Positions 26,661 through 38,790 of a stretch of DNA of 63,971 nucleotides are shown here, in pieces. Within the stretch, counting starts at the first letter, position 1. Each line of letters starts with the position of its first letter. This DNA is from Rhynchobatus australiae (lineage: Eukaryota), in the NCBI GenBank assembly GCA_034780895.1, contig JAUZTB010000066.1, positions 22,666,242 through 22,730,212 of the forward strand, read 5' to 3'. The notes beneath the pieces are model-generated. The model did not search any database. It worked only from the letters and a program-made list of their open reading frames with translations, and was not told where the DNA came from. Made by a program: the position numbers and the translations under genes.

Positions 26661-28419
26661 GATGGCATTGGATATCATAGCATGTGACTTACTGCTCCCT
26701 GGATTATTAATCATTGAATTTGCTTGAACGTGCTTGTCTATATGGAATAAGCACTCAGTGGAAATACATTGCCTGGTCCTCTGTAAATTCTTAAGAGAGT
26801 GAATAAAGGAAGATATGGAAACACTGAGTGGCAGTTGTTTTGGTTAAAAAGGACATCTTGTGGGAAATTAGAGATAACATTGCTGGTTACACCAAGAAAT
26901 CCCACTGGACCAAATTAGCCGCATCACATGACTGGTCAAAGACCTATGAGAGTAAGCAATAATTGTTTTGAACTTAGCCCAGTTAAGGCTTTAAAATGAA
27001 CATCGCCCAGATTACTTAAGAAGAAAATAGGGTAAGCATTGTTTTGCCTCTCATAATACTAATAGTTATAGCAATCTATGTTACATGTCTACTTTATGAT
27101 GGCAATAATTCACAGGAAGTTTAGTTCTCACCACAGTAAGGAAGTGAAATTAATAGCTGCAAAGCTAGAGAGATTTATGTGATTGATTAAGCTACAACAG
27201 AACAAGTCTGCAATAAAAGGCAGCAGCAAAATTGGTAATTATCATGGATTCAAATGATTATGTGGACCACATTTTCACTGACAAGTGAGATATCCCACAT
27301 TCTACCTGTATTATGGCCACTAAAATGCATTATTTGATAATTAGCAGTTGAGAGACATAAATTATAGAGTGCAGCACTCACCTACACCATTCAGCAATCT
27401 TTTAAAAGTGCCAAACTGCAACACAATACATGTATATTACAAAACCCAATTTTATTTCTTCAAATACCACACTGGTCTGGAATATAATTCAATGGAAAAT
27501 CCACAAAACGACTGATCAGGTTCCAAATCCCTTAAGAAGAGAAATTTCTGAAAGTCCATTCCTTATTTGGAACACATTAATTAAAGTGTTAAAGGTATGA
27601 AGTATTGATGTCTTTCCCCAGCCTTCCCCCAAGGTAATGTCTTGTACTTGTTCGGCCCTGAGGTATAGTTGCACTAACTGAAAAAGCCCCACTAAGACCA
27701 ATTAAGGCCTTTACTAAGAGGCTGAGAGGAAGACAAATGGAGGTAGAAAGCCCGATTACAAGGAACCTTTGTACAGATGTAAAGCAATTAGAAGAGTCTC
27801 TAGGGCCAGACAGAGCGGTACCTGCAAGTAATGGATCCTGCAGCTTGTCTAAACTTGGAACAATTCCTCTTTTTTTATGTGTTATGGGGATAAATGCAGC
27901 CTGGTAATAGTATCATGTAACAGTTGATAGTAGAGTATAGCTTTCCCAGGCCTACTGAAGTAGTGCTAGTTTCCTAAATGGTATTACTTTAACCTCAGAG
28001 TCCATCAGATTTGATCTACTCAATGTTATGCATCTTGCAGATTTTACTTACCTTAATTAAGATCAGTGAGGAATGGATGAGTGAACAGCCAGTAATGAAT
28101 TACTCTTGAAAGGACAAGTTTGTTGATCCATATTCTTGCAAATCTTTCAGCAATTCCTTAACCAAGGAATAGTAACAGCCCTCATTTAACAAAACCAAAA
28201 TATGTTGAAATTATTTAAAAGTGACAATAAACCTTCAATGTAAAGAACTGAAAAATAATTAACACAGTGGAAAGATTAGCACCATTACTTGTTTTCAAAA
28301 ATGGGACTGAACATTTCAAAGAAAACTTAACACAAGGAACAGATGTCAATGACTTTGGAGGAATTATCAGAATACAGTGGGAGTTGATTTAATGCCTAAA
28401 AAATAAATAAAAAAGGAAA

Positions 28420-28830
28420 TGTTTATTTATGGGGCTCCTTTGCACAGTGTTTCAATCAATGAACAGTAATGCCTGTGGCTGCGCAGATTAATGTAGCAAC
28501 CATTTTGCACACAGCAAGATTCCACCAGAGTATCGTAGATTTACTGTAGTACAGAGGGAGGCCTTTGACCTTTTGAGTCCGTGCTGGCTCCAAGCAGAGC
28601 AGTCTTGGGGGATGTATTCCCTTGCTCTTTCCCTTGATCATGGGATGCTCTAAAATTCATCCATGAGGGAAATTGGCGATCTTGGTTTCCTGTCTCATCC
28701 AAAAGGGAGCACTACAAGCTGTGCACTGCTTTTTCTATACTGCACAGGAATGTCTTGATTATGTGATCAAGTTCTGGATTGGATCTCAAAACCACAATAT
28801 TCATACTCAGTGTTGGGAGGTATGGCAGCT
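28420..28830 (-). mobile_element. Deu-domain SINE, with a small CR1-tail-like insert (~28545-28620)
   Basis: gtagcaaccattttgcacacagcaagattccac..catgggatgctc..tctcatccaaaaggg..tactgcacaggaatg..tcaagttctgga. Confidence 0.6.
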
Positions 28831-29997
28831 GATGTCTATTCAAGCTTTGTGAAAGTAAGAGAAGTTAATGAAAGAGTGATAGTTTGAGAAAGACTGTTGT
28901 TGTACATAAGTTCTATGCTTTAAAACTAATGCCTGGAATTTCATCCTTGACTGGTAGTGCTTAGTATACAAAATGGCAGTGGTTGTGTGTTTACTCTTTT
29001 TCTGAGATTTGGCTCCATTGAAGCCAAAATTTTGGATGCTACAGACAGCACAAATTTGTTCTGTAAGTCTTTAACAGCAGAGAGGTTCTCTGCATACTGT
29101 ATATGAAACTGACTCAAACCATTGCTATCAGAAAAGCTTTGACTTCTAAGTTTATTACAGAAGTCTGACTGAAACTGCCAAAAAGTTGAAGGATTTGATG
29201 CAGAGGAGGAGACTGATATGTTCCAACAACATACTTCAGTGGTGCTAAGTGGAAGTAATCTATTTAAGAAAACAAACTGAGTGACATTCCTCAGTGTGTC
29301 GCCTTTTCTACTTGAAACTCCATACCGTTGTAAGTGTCCCGATTAAGGAAAGGATAAATGTTCTTTTAACTGTTAGAGGATTGTTATTTCCTTTTAACAA
29401 TCCATCATTGCATACAGGCAGCAAGGCTCTTAAACTGTTGACACTAAGAATGATGAGCATGAGCTGGTGTCTGCTCCAGTCTGCAGACTTTCAGGAGCAA
29501 CCTTATTCCAGAGCTTCTCAGTTACCTACTGTGCATTTTGAGAAAGCACCTGCAAGTCAATCTGTGTGAATCCCAGCCCCATGGTTATGTGGTGCAGAAG
29601 ACCAGGGCACCATTTTCTACACCAGTATCATGCAAGAGAGTCGAATTGTCAGAAGTAGGACCTCTTCTTGTTTTCAAAAGTTTCTTCAGCCATTGGAATG
29701 ATTGTGGCCTAACATCCTATGCTCACTGCGACATTTTTACATCATCTTTCTGACCCATTCAATGTCTTGGCATGTTAAAAGCTCAACATAGGAGGCAACA
29801 TCATAATTGGATGAGCGGTTGTCAAAATCTAGTACATGCATAATGTTCCATTTCAAAAGAGGAGAGAATTTCCAAAAGGGAATAAATAAAAAGCAAGACA
29901 GTAAATAAAGTTATTTACATTAACCTGTTGCCTGTGTGAGAATACTTTAATTATGCAATGCAGACTGGTTGATTCTGTATGTAGTCATGAGGGCAGG

Positions 29998-30453
29998 GCG
30001 TAGGAGGGGTTTGACAAACCTGGGTTGTTTTCTCTGGATCAGCGGAGGCTGAGGGGAGATCTGATACAAGTTCATAAGATTATGAGAGTCATAGATGGAG
30101 TAGACAGCCCATATCTTTTTTTCCAGGATCCAAATATCTGATACTGGAGGGCATGCATTTAAGGTGAGAGGGGGCAAGTTCAAAGGAGATGTGCGGGCAA
30201 GTTTTATTTTATACAGAGAGTGGTGGGTGCCTGGAATCTGCTGCCAGGGATGGTGAGGAGACAAATACGATATGAGCGGCATTTAAGAGGCTGTGAGATA
30301 GGCACCTGAATGTCCAGAGAATGGAGGAATATGGATGTTGTGTTGGTATAAGGGATTAGTTTAGTTAGGCATTTACCTACTAGTTTAATTAGTTCAGCAC
30401 AACATTGTGGGCCGAAGGGCTTGTTCCTGTGCCGTACCGTTTTACGTTCTATG
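29998..30453 (+). mobile_element. CR1-type LINE 3' end
   Basis: cggaggctgaggggagatctgata (RRLRGDLI), gagggcatgcatttaaggtgagaggg, cagagagtggtgggtgcctggaatctgctgcca, and the tail gggccgaagggcttgttcctgtgc..gttctatg. Confidence 0.9.
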
Positions 30454-32082
30454 ATGGTGGTTGATACACCGCCATAAAGAATGTAAATTTGCCAAATAAT
30501 TAATGCCTTTCTTCCTTCTCTAATTCAAGTTCCATTAAGAAAATCTGGAGCTTTCACCATCATCGCACTGATGGACTTTTCTAATTTGCAGTGGCTTTTG
30601 CAAGTCTTCATGTAATTACATTCATCACATATCAGCTGGATTCCGAATCACTTTCACAAGCTTCTCATCAACACTCTTTTGATGAGTTCTTTCCTGCAAG
30701 TGTTGTTCAGTGGCAAATAATATGTGCAATGCAACTTCTGGGAAATAAGAAGAGACTTTGTTTATTTTTCTTGCAATGGTAGCAATCAGTTTTATTCCAC
30801 AGTATCAGCAATATTCTCATTCTTGGCAAAGTATTTGAAGCAATGCACAATTAGCCAATCTTTTCACATTAGCTGGGGATCACTGTTAGCTGACAGATGA
30901 GTGTTGGTGCCTAATATCGAACAGGGTTTTTAAGTGGAGCCATTTCTGGAAAACATACCTATATGTTTTGAATGGTCATATGCCATTGCAAGGAGGATTA
31001 TTAGCATAAACTTTGAACCACTGAATGCTAGTACACTGGCTTAGATTTTCATCCTTGCTTGTCTATACTAAATATATCATACAGCAGTGTGCTGCTTTGT
31101 AGCCTGCCTCTAAAATTCAGTTTAATGCAACTGAGGAAATAAAGCCATGTTTTATTGCACTTTCATTCACCAAGCAGCGTGTCTTACGCACCTGATTCCA
31201 GCACATTTAAAAACTATCTATACAAGGATGAAAAGTCCCAAGCCTTATTTCAGTTAAAATTGCTGAAAAGCTGTGTTTAAGAAATAAGACCTTTCCACGT
31301 ATTGATTAAACAAGAACCTGAATTATCCTATCATTCTGCTCGATAGATTGGGCAAACTGAGTACAAAATGGTGATTTTGGGGAACTGTGTATCGGGATTT
31401 ACACAGTATTTAATCTTTTCCTACCCCCTTGTCAGTTTTCCTTCAAGTATTTCAGGTTGCATTCTAAATGTATTTCTTCAAGAAATTATGTTACAATTGA
31501 AGAGGTGCTTACCACATCAGTTATATTAATACCCATTAATAGTAATCCTTTACTCACAGTGATCAATATCTACTTTCCGAAACCATAACCCATGTGATCC
31601 TATTGCAACTATTTTACAGTGATTATTGAAACTCTTGCCACTTTGTTAGCTTCCTGCTGCTTATGGAAGATCCATGCATAGGAGTTGGTGGCATCAGCAC
31701 TGTGTGAAAACAATATACAAATTCAAACAGCCAATGGACTGATCAATGCTACTTGGCAGTCGAGTATTTTAAACAGTCGAACACACTAAGGATTACTATT
31801 TTAGGTTTGGAGCATGAATCAAACAAAGCTTTGATCAAAAAAATTGTATGAAGTAACAATTTTATCCAAGGGAGTATGATTGAAAGAGTTGAAGCTCAAC
31901 AAACATCGTTCTACAATTAGAACCAAAAATGCTTTTCCACACACGTAACCTGAGATGGTTGTTTGGATTACCATGTGTGGCCTTTCCTGTACCCACAGGT
32001 ATCCTGGAGAGTAGTTTTGTGTGTAGTTCAAACTAATTAAGTTCCACAAGAAGCTAATTTACTGCTCTCTAATGAAATAAAA

Positions 32083-32463
32083 GCTTGCATTTATAAAGTA
32101 CATCTCACATCCTCAGGGTGTTGTGAAGTGCTTCATAGCCAATGAAGGATTTTTGAAGTGTCGACTCTGCTGTAATGTGGGAAACTCATTTAAGCACCAG
32201 CCCTGCACGAGTCCCACAAACAGCAAAGTGAGAATATCCAGACATTCTATACTTTAGTTATGCTGTTTAAGGGATAAATATTGGCCAGCAGATTCCTCTG
32301 CTTATTTTTTTTCTAATTGTAACAAAGGATTTTTTAAACAACTACCTGTGTGGGAAGATTGAGCCTTCATTTAACATCTCAACCAAACCTCTGACATTAT
32401 AGACTTGAATCCCTGATGATCTGACTCACAGTTGAGAGTGCTTCCAACTGAGCCATAGCTAAC
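32083..32463 (-). mobile_element. Deu-domain SINE (SacSINE1-like), near full length
   Basis: Tail cttgcatttata, then agccaatgaagg..ttttgaagtgt..cccacaaacagcaa..gggataaatattggccag..tttaacatctca, and the head complement gagagtgcttccaactgagcca. Confidence 0.8.
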
Positions 32464-32841
32464 TTAATGATATACTAGCTGAAGCAGTATCAAGGAGAAA
32501 ATTTCCATGATGTTGGCACCATCAAGACAGATGGAGACCAATCAGTGAAGATTAAGGTTTAAATGGCATTCCATCATGGATGAAGAATGGCTAGCAGAGA
32601 AAGCATGATCTTCTGGAAAAGGGAACTGCCCAGTGGGATTTAACCCTGAGAGGGACACATGATCCTGAACAGGAGCAGGTGATGGCGAGGGAGAGCTGGT
32701 GCATACTTGAGGGAAATAGGATGTTCTATTGGTCCTTTGCCATTCTGCTTCAGTTTACTTTTAAGCTCATGGGTAACTCCCTTGTCTCATGCTGTTTCCA
32801 ACTCAGATCTTTAACTAATAATGGACCCAGGATTAAAAAAG

Positions 32842-33330
32842 CAAAACGGAGACAAGAGACTGTGGATGATGGACTCCAGTTCTTCCTACACCCACCCCAG
32901 CCCCCATCACCCTGTTTCTTTCTCCTCCTCAACCCACTCCATCTACCCATCATCCACACCCTCCTCCCACTAGGTCCCCTCGCCCATTGTTCCCACCTGC
33001 CCTCACATCTCCCTCACTTGGCCCCATGCTCCACCTTCCTCTTATCAGATTCCATCATCTTCAGCCTTTTGTTGCCTCCACCTATCACTTCTCAGCTTCT
33101 GTCATTATTTCCACTCTCCCCTCCTCCATCTCCCCATCACCCCTCCTCACCTGGATCCACTTATTGCTTGCTGGTTCTTGCTCCATCTCTTCCATCCACC
33201 TTTTTACACTGGCTATCTCCCCGATATCTTTCAGTCCAGATGAAGGGTCTCAACCCAACACATTGACAGTCCATTTCCCTCCATTGATGCTGCCTGACTC
33301 AGAGTTCCTCCAGCATCTGTGTGTTGCTCA
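32842..33330 (+). mobile_element. Penelope-like element 3' UTR / pseudo-LTR with decayed hammerhead
   Basis: Pyrimidine-rich tract ending cagtc-cagatga-agggtctcaaccc-aaca-catt-gacag (33232-33269), then gatgctgcctgac..ctccagca. A short inverted start gagacaagagactgtggatg precedes it. Confidence 0.75.
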
Positions 33331-33899
33331 AAGGTATAGCAACCTTTGTAACTATTCTTAAGCCACTGGAATTAATTTCCACAGCATCTTCCCACAGCTT
33401 TCAAAAGTTTGAAAACAAATTAGATCACATTTTAGATTTAAAATATTATGCCAGTTTGGTAAATGAGATATAAACAAATACTCTTGTACAGTTCTGTATT
33501 TACAAATAAAGGATTAGCTGCAGAGGCAAAATACAACATTAAAATCATTCTCTCAGTACCACAATTACAAGAGGACAGTCAGAGAAGATGTGAAGATCAT
33601 CAGACAAACATAGTTCTGAAAATGATAATAAGCACAAGATGGTAAATATTCTGAATGATAACTTGCTTTAGTAACCCACAGGAAAAGATATAAACAGCAT
33701 CCAGTACCTCAAAAAAAAGTACCAAGGCATAATTTAGGACTAATGCAAATAAGATGGAAGTCCTAGACAAATTGAAATGGCTTAAAATAAATAAATATGG
33801 TTTATACTTATCCCACTGTTGAGAAAGGCTGATGAGGAGATTTGAGGCGCTGCCAATCATTGTGAAGTAATCAATAGACAGGAGGGGCAGAGACATGGA

Positions 33900-34340
33900 T
33901 TGACAAATGACTAAAGAGGTTCCCATATAAAAATAAGTAGCAAGATAGACACAGGCATCTGCAGATCCATTAGTTTTCCTTCAGTTCTATGTAAAATAAT
34001 ATAATTGATTGGGGATTGAGGAAGGTTGAGGATTATCTCTACATCGACTGAGTAATTGCAGTCATTATTGCCTTGAGAAGAACTCAGTTGCTGGATCAAC
34101 TATCTCTTTGCCTGAGGAAGTGACAACTTACATTGAGTGTGATAAACCATGCAGTGTCATGCATTTAGATTTCTTATGGACATTTGGTAAAGTTCACTCA
34201 GAAGATTATAAATTACGAGCTGTGAAGGTTAAAGCAGAACTTGGGCACGAATAAAAAAACTGGCTTATGATTGGAATATAATAGGTACAGTACTTGTTAT
34301 CGGGTTATGACTCAGTGCCTCACAATCCCTTAATATTTAA
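33900..34340 (+). mobile_element. Ancient CR1 RT remnant
   Basis: Residual motifs: cagatccattagttttccttcagttctatgtaaaata (~YRPISLTSVLCKI), gaggaagtgaca (EEVT), catttagatttc..tttggtaaagtt (~YLDFxxAFDKV) and aactggctt (NWL). Confidence 0.6.
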
Positions 34341-34844
34341 ACTAGTATATCACCGCACTTCAAAATGGTAATAAGTGGCCCCTATATTCAAAAATAGTTT
34401 TCTGTCAATTTCTGAACAATTTACACTTTCTGTATTTGTTTAACAACCTCTGGATTCTTTTGCTCAAGTTTATAGTTTCAACCAATCTTGTTAAGTGAAT
34501 GGAGAATTTAGCTAGTTTTTTTTGTAAACTTTAAACTCCTTACAGACTCTAAGCTAATTTAACAGGAAGGTCACTAAGCTGTACAGAGATATTTATCACT
34601 GATCCATAAGAAATAAAGTTAAAGACAACATTGTTTTGAGATATTCTGTCATAAGAGGTGCAATACTGAGTGGTGTTTCTTTGCTGATGCCAGGACTTGA
34701 GACGATGGGGCAGGTGCATAAGGTCATGTAGTGAAAAAGAAATAAGAGAAATTATGGTTCACATGGCAACAAGCAAACCAAATAGATGAAGACAGAATTT
34801 TAGGAAACAAGAAACAGATTCAATAGAAAGGACTTTCAAGATGG

Positions 34845-35260
34845 ATTGACATCCCATCCACCAATGTAAATATTCATTCTCTACAGCACCATTTCCCTGT
34901 GGCTATGGCGTGTACCATCTAAAAAATACACTGCAGTTATTTGCTTCAACTATTCTGACAGCATCTCCCAAACCCTTGATCTCAACCATAAAGAGGGACA
35001 AGGGTTTCAGGTGCTTAGAAACAACACCGTGTGCAGGTGTCCCTCCAAGTCACACACCATCCCGATTTGGAAATATATTCTCGTACCTTCATTGTCATTG
35101 CATCTAAATCCCAGAACTTCCTTTCTAACAGCGTTGTGGAAGTATCTACATCAGATGGATTGAAGCAGTTCAAGAAGATGGCTCACCACCTTAGGCAATT
35201 CGGGATAGCCAATAAATTGTGGCCTTGCCAGCAATGTCCACATCCCAAAGAATGTTTGAA
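34845..35260 (+). mobile_element. Non-LTR retrotransposon 3' end (CR1-group family recalled from sharks and rays)
   Basis: ORF fragment QVSLQVTHHPDLEIYSRTFIVIASKSQNFLSNSVV..GLKQFKKMAHH, then the tail ggcaattcgggatagccaataaattgtggccttgccagcaatgtccacatccca. A related tail sits at 60237-60300. Confidence 0.75.
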
Positions 35261-35819
35261 TGAAAAAATAGATATTGCTTCAAGATTGCTTCCCACACTG
35301 CTTATTGGTTCTTATAAGATGGTCAATATTTAGCCCGAGGAGGACAGGTCTCATTTTTTTTGGCCTCTGGCTTAATTTTACCTAAACTAACAAGATACAA
35401 GTGCCTTGAGCAAGAGAGTGAATAAAACAAGTGGAAAGGATTTAAACCCAAGGAAACAAGGATGAAAGAGTAATGATCTGTACCATACATAATGACAATG
35501 TCATGTGAATACAGCAACGAACAATAAAAGATGAATGCTAATGACATAAGAAATGGTGAATAAATTTGAAGTGTTTTATAACAGGGAGTTATTAGATAAA
35601 TTGATACCCAGTTATAGGAAGAAACAAGTAAGCAGCAGATCTTCAGGACCATACATTCTTTGGAAGAAAAGAATAAGCGTGGAGTTGGATAGGCAGGATT
35701 ACATATGAGAGGAGCTTTATACATTGCCGCAAGGAATGAACAAGGAATTTGCACAGTCCATCTGCAGAAATGATAGAGTCCTGAAGATATTTAGGAACTT
35801 GCTTGAAGAGTTAGAGCTA

Positions 35820-36110
35820 AGACCTCAATTGTAATTCTGGGGATCTTCAATCATCTTGGTGCAGGGAGGGATTCCCTGTTAGCAGAGCTCTGTGTGCATT
35901 AGGGAGCTTATTGAAATATTTTAAGAATCTTTCCTTAAACAGCAGTTTAGTGAACCCACAAGGGGAACGTTAATATTACATCCTAACTTCTAATAAGTGA
36001 AATAAGAGCTTTTAGGTCAGTGATCATAAAGTTACTAAGTTTAAGATTGAAATGAGGGCAGAACACATAATGAAAACTATTTAAAACATAGTTCAGAGGC
36101 TCAGAGGAGC
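35820..36110 (+). mobile_element. Ancient CR1 endonuclease remnant
   Basis: Reads VILGIFNH (cf. VIMGDFN), FLKQQFSEPTRGTLILH (cf. FLxQxVxEPTRxxAILDL) and SDHKVTKFKI. Confidence 0.6.
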
Positions 36111-36183
36111 TGAAACTATGTANNNNNNNNNNNNNNNGAACTATTTAAAGAGAACTTAGAGAAAAATGGGGTGAGTTTTCAAT

Positions 36184-36220
36184 AGTTCTGATGACAGGTC
36201 ATTGACCTGAAATGTCAACT
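36184..36220 (+). ncRNA. Minimal type I hammerhead ribozyme motif within a Penelope pseudo-LTR fragment (fragment extends to ~36285)
   Basis: AGTT (stem I) CTGATGA C AGGTC-ATT-GACCT (stem II) GAAA T GTC AACT (stem I'). All core nucleotides are present and the predicted cut is after C36216. Confidence 0.75.
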
Positions 36221-36772
36221 CTCGTTCTCTCTCTGAAGATGCTGTCTGATCTGCTGAATATTTCAAGTATTTTGTATTTTCACTTTTTAGTTTTAAAGAT
36301 TTTTTAACATTTTGTCAGAGAAATGAGTTGAGAACCAAGAAGGAGAAAGAAATCCTGATGCATACCAGGTTTTCTCCCTGTTCTCCCAAATAGGGAGAAA
36401 ATAAAATCAGGTAGCAGAAAATAATAAAATGGATGAGGGATGTGAAGGGAAATGTGGTGGAAGGTACAAAGAGAAATAACAGAGAATATCATGACAAAGG
36501 GAAGAGTACAGAAGGATGTTTGTTCATTATCCGCTGTCTGTTGGTAGTGATGTCTGAGGTGGCAGAATTTCTAAATCAATAAACTCTACATGGTGTTGTT
36601 CACAGTGAATCAGACAACATAGCCACTCACTTACTTGTCCCCAATGTCTTTATGTTACTGACTGTCGAGTGAACTTCTTCTGCTTGACTTTCTCACCAGC
36701 TGCTTCATTTTTCTTCCGTCTGCCTTTTCACTTTGGGTGGGAAGTGAGCAGACAAAGGCTGTGTAATGCATT

Positions 36773-37489
36773 NNNNNNNNNNNNNNNNNNNNNNNNNNNN
36801 NNNNNNNNNNNNNNNNNNNNNNNNNNNNNNNNNNNNNNNNNNNNNNNNNNNNNNNNNNNNNNNNNNNNNNNNNNNNNNNNNNNNNNNNNNNNNNNNNNNN
36901 NNNNNNNNNNNNNNNNNNNNNNNNNNNNNNNNNNNNNNNNNNNNNNNNNNNNNNNNNNNNNNNNNNNNNNNNNNNNNNNNNNNNNNNNNNNNNNNNNNNN
37001 NNNNNNNNNNNNNNNNNNNNNNNNNNNNNNNNNNNNNNNNNNNNNNNNNNNNNNNNNNNNNNNNNNNNNNNNNNNNNNNNNNNNNNNNNNNNNNNNNNNN
37101 NNNNNNNNNNNNNNNNNNNNNNNNNNNNNNNNNNNNNNNNNNNNNNNNNNNNNNNNNNNNNNNNNNNNNNNNNNNNNNNNNNNNNNNNNNNNNNNNNNNN
37201 NNNNNNNNNNNNNNNNNNNNNNNNNNNNNNNNNNNNNNNNNNNNNNNNNNNNNNNNNNNNNNNNNNNNNNNNNNNNNNNNNNNNNNNNNNNNNNNNNNNN
37301 NNNNNNNNNNNNNNNNNNNNNNNNNNNNNNNNNNNNNNNNNNNNNNNNNNNNNNNNNNNNNNNNNNNNNNNNNNNNNNNNNNNNNNNNNNNNNNNNNNNN
37401 NNNNNNNNNNNNNNNNNNNNNNNNNNNNNNNNNNNNNNNNNNNNNNNNNNNNNNNNNNNNNNNNNNNNNNNNNNNNNNNNNNNNNNNNN
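36773..37489. other. Assembly gap
   Basis: Run of N. Confidence 1.
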
Positions 37490-38059
37490 ACCACCTCCTT
37501 TTCCTACCCCCTTGTCAGTTTCCCTCCGTGTTTTGGTTTGCATCCTAAACATACCTTTTCAAAAAATTACATTGCAATAGAGGAAGTAAAAATCTGCCAG
37601 TTTACCTTGCTCTGTATTTGTATCTTTTCTCTGTCTCATAATGAGTGAAATTTGAATCTCTTACAGGTGTACACAATTAACATTGATCTTCTTTGTCAAC
37701 AAAACACAAATGAGGTAATTAGTTGGGCTCAAATTTTAACTGGCAATTCTTTGAAAATTAGGTTCATGTTATGCGAAGTAATTCCTTCTAACTCTCCTCT
37801 ACACCTTGTATTCCATACCTCACCAGTATTCTGATATCATTCGACTGGGGCTCAGAAGCTCAGTCTAATTTAACACTGTGTTAACATTGCCATTTCATGT
37901 ATTTTTCTCAGCAATAATAAATGGAATTTGTTAGACATGTGAAAGGGATTTGCAACTTTTCCTTGAGAATCCATTAAGCTCAGTTTTAGGCTGCTGAGGC
38001 TGAAATATAGGCTTGCTAAATCTACCTGCAGGTCCTCACACATTCTTCACAGGGTCTTG

Positions 38060-38345
38060 CACTTCCAACCGTCGTGCAAGGCAGTAGGGAGACTTCACTT
38101 GTGTACAGTTTTGGTCTCCTCATTTCAGAAGGGGTACACTTGCAATGGAGGCAGGTCAGAAAAGGTTCAAGAGGTTAATTCCTGGGGTGAAGAGCAATCT
38201 TTTGAGGAACAACTGAACACATTGGAGTTTAGAAGATAGAGGGGGAATCTTATTGAAACATATATAAGATTTTGAGGGTGTTCAACAAGATAAACAGTGC
38301 CTCTCTTTATGGTGGGATCTTCAAAAGGGGGACATAGTTCTAAAA
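38060..38345 (+). mobile_element. CR1 RT C-terminal fragment
   Basis: gtacagttttggtctcctcatttcagaag (VQFWSPHFR), gttcaagaggttaattcctggg and agaagatagagggggaatcttattgaaacatat. Confidence 0.75.
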
Positions 38346-38411
38346 AGATCTACAAGATTTATTCAGCATGCAATTCAACATTCTACTGCTGACTTAAATA
38401 TTCACAATGAA

Positions 38412-38790
38412 ACTCTGGAGCAAAGAAGACTGAGGGGTGACTTGATAGAAGTGTATATCTTTATGAGAAGCACAGGTAAGGTAGTCAAACTATTTTTACC
38501 GTGGCAGGGGCATTGAAAACAAGAGGGCATAGGTTTAAGGTGAAAAGAAGCAGTTTTAAAGGGAATTTTGTGGTAGGATTTTTATGCAGAGAGTGGTTGA
38601 TATCTGGAACCCACTGCCAGAGGAGGTGGTGAAATCCAATACAATCAGTGTGCTTCAGTGGCTTTTAGGCAGACATTGACAAGGCATAAAAGACAGTACT
38701 AATGTGGGTAAATGGGATTAGTATAGTTGGGCAAAAAGGATGGCATGGACCTGGTGGGCTGAAGGGCTTGTTTCTGTTCTGTACAACTCT
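38412..38790 (+). mobile_element. CR1-type LINE 3' end
   Basis: ctggagcaaagaagactgaggggtgacttgatagaagtgtat (LEQRRLRGDLIEVY), aacaagagggcataggtttaaggtg and the tail gggctgaagggcttgtttctgttctgtac. Confidence 0.85.

Noticed and set aside
28980-29760. Coding-looking unique sequence, considered as a pseudogene or viral insert
   Set aside because: The frames I translated have frequent stops and no recognisable motif; BLASTX would settle it.
32679-33361. 195-aa and 124-aa Pro/Leu/Ser-rich ORFs
   Set aside because: They result from the pyrimidine-rich PLE 3' UTR lacking stop codons; no protein features.
36655-37580. Long ORFs of 260-303 aa (also 59670-60245 and those over 11407-11528)
   Set aside because: They are open only because of N runs.
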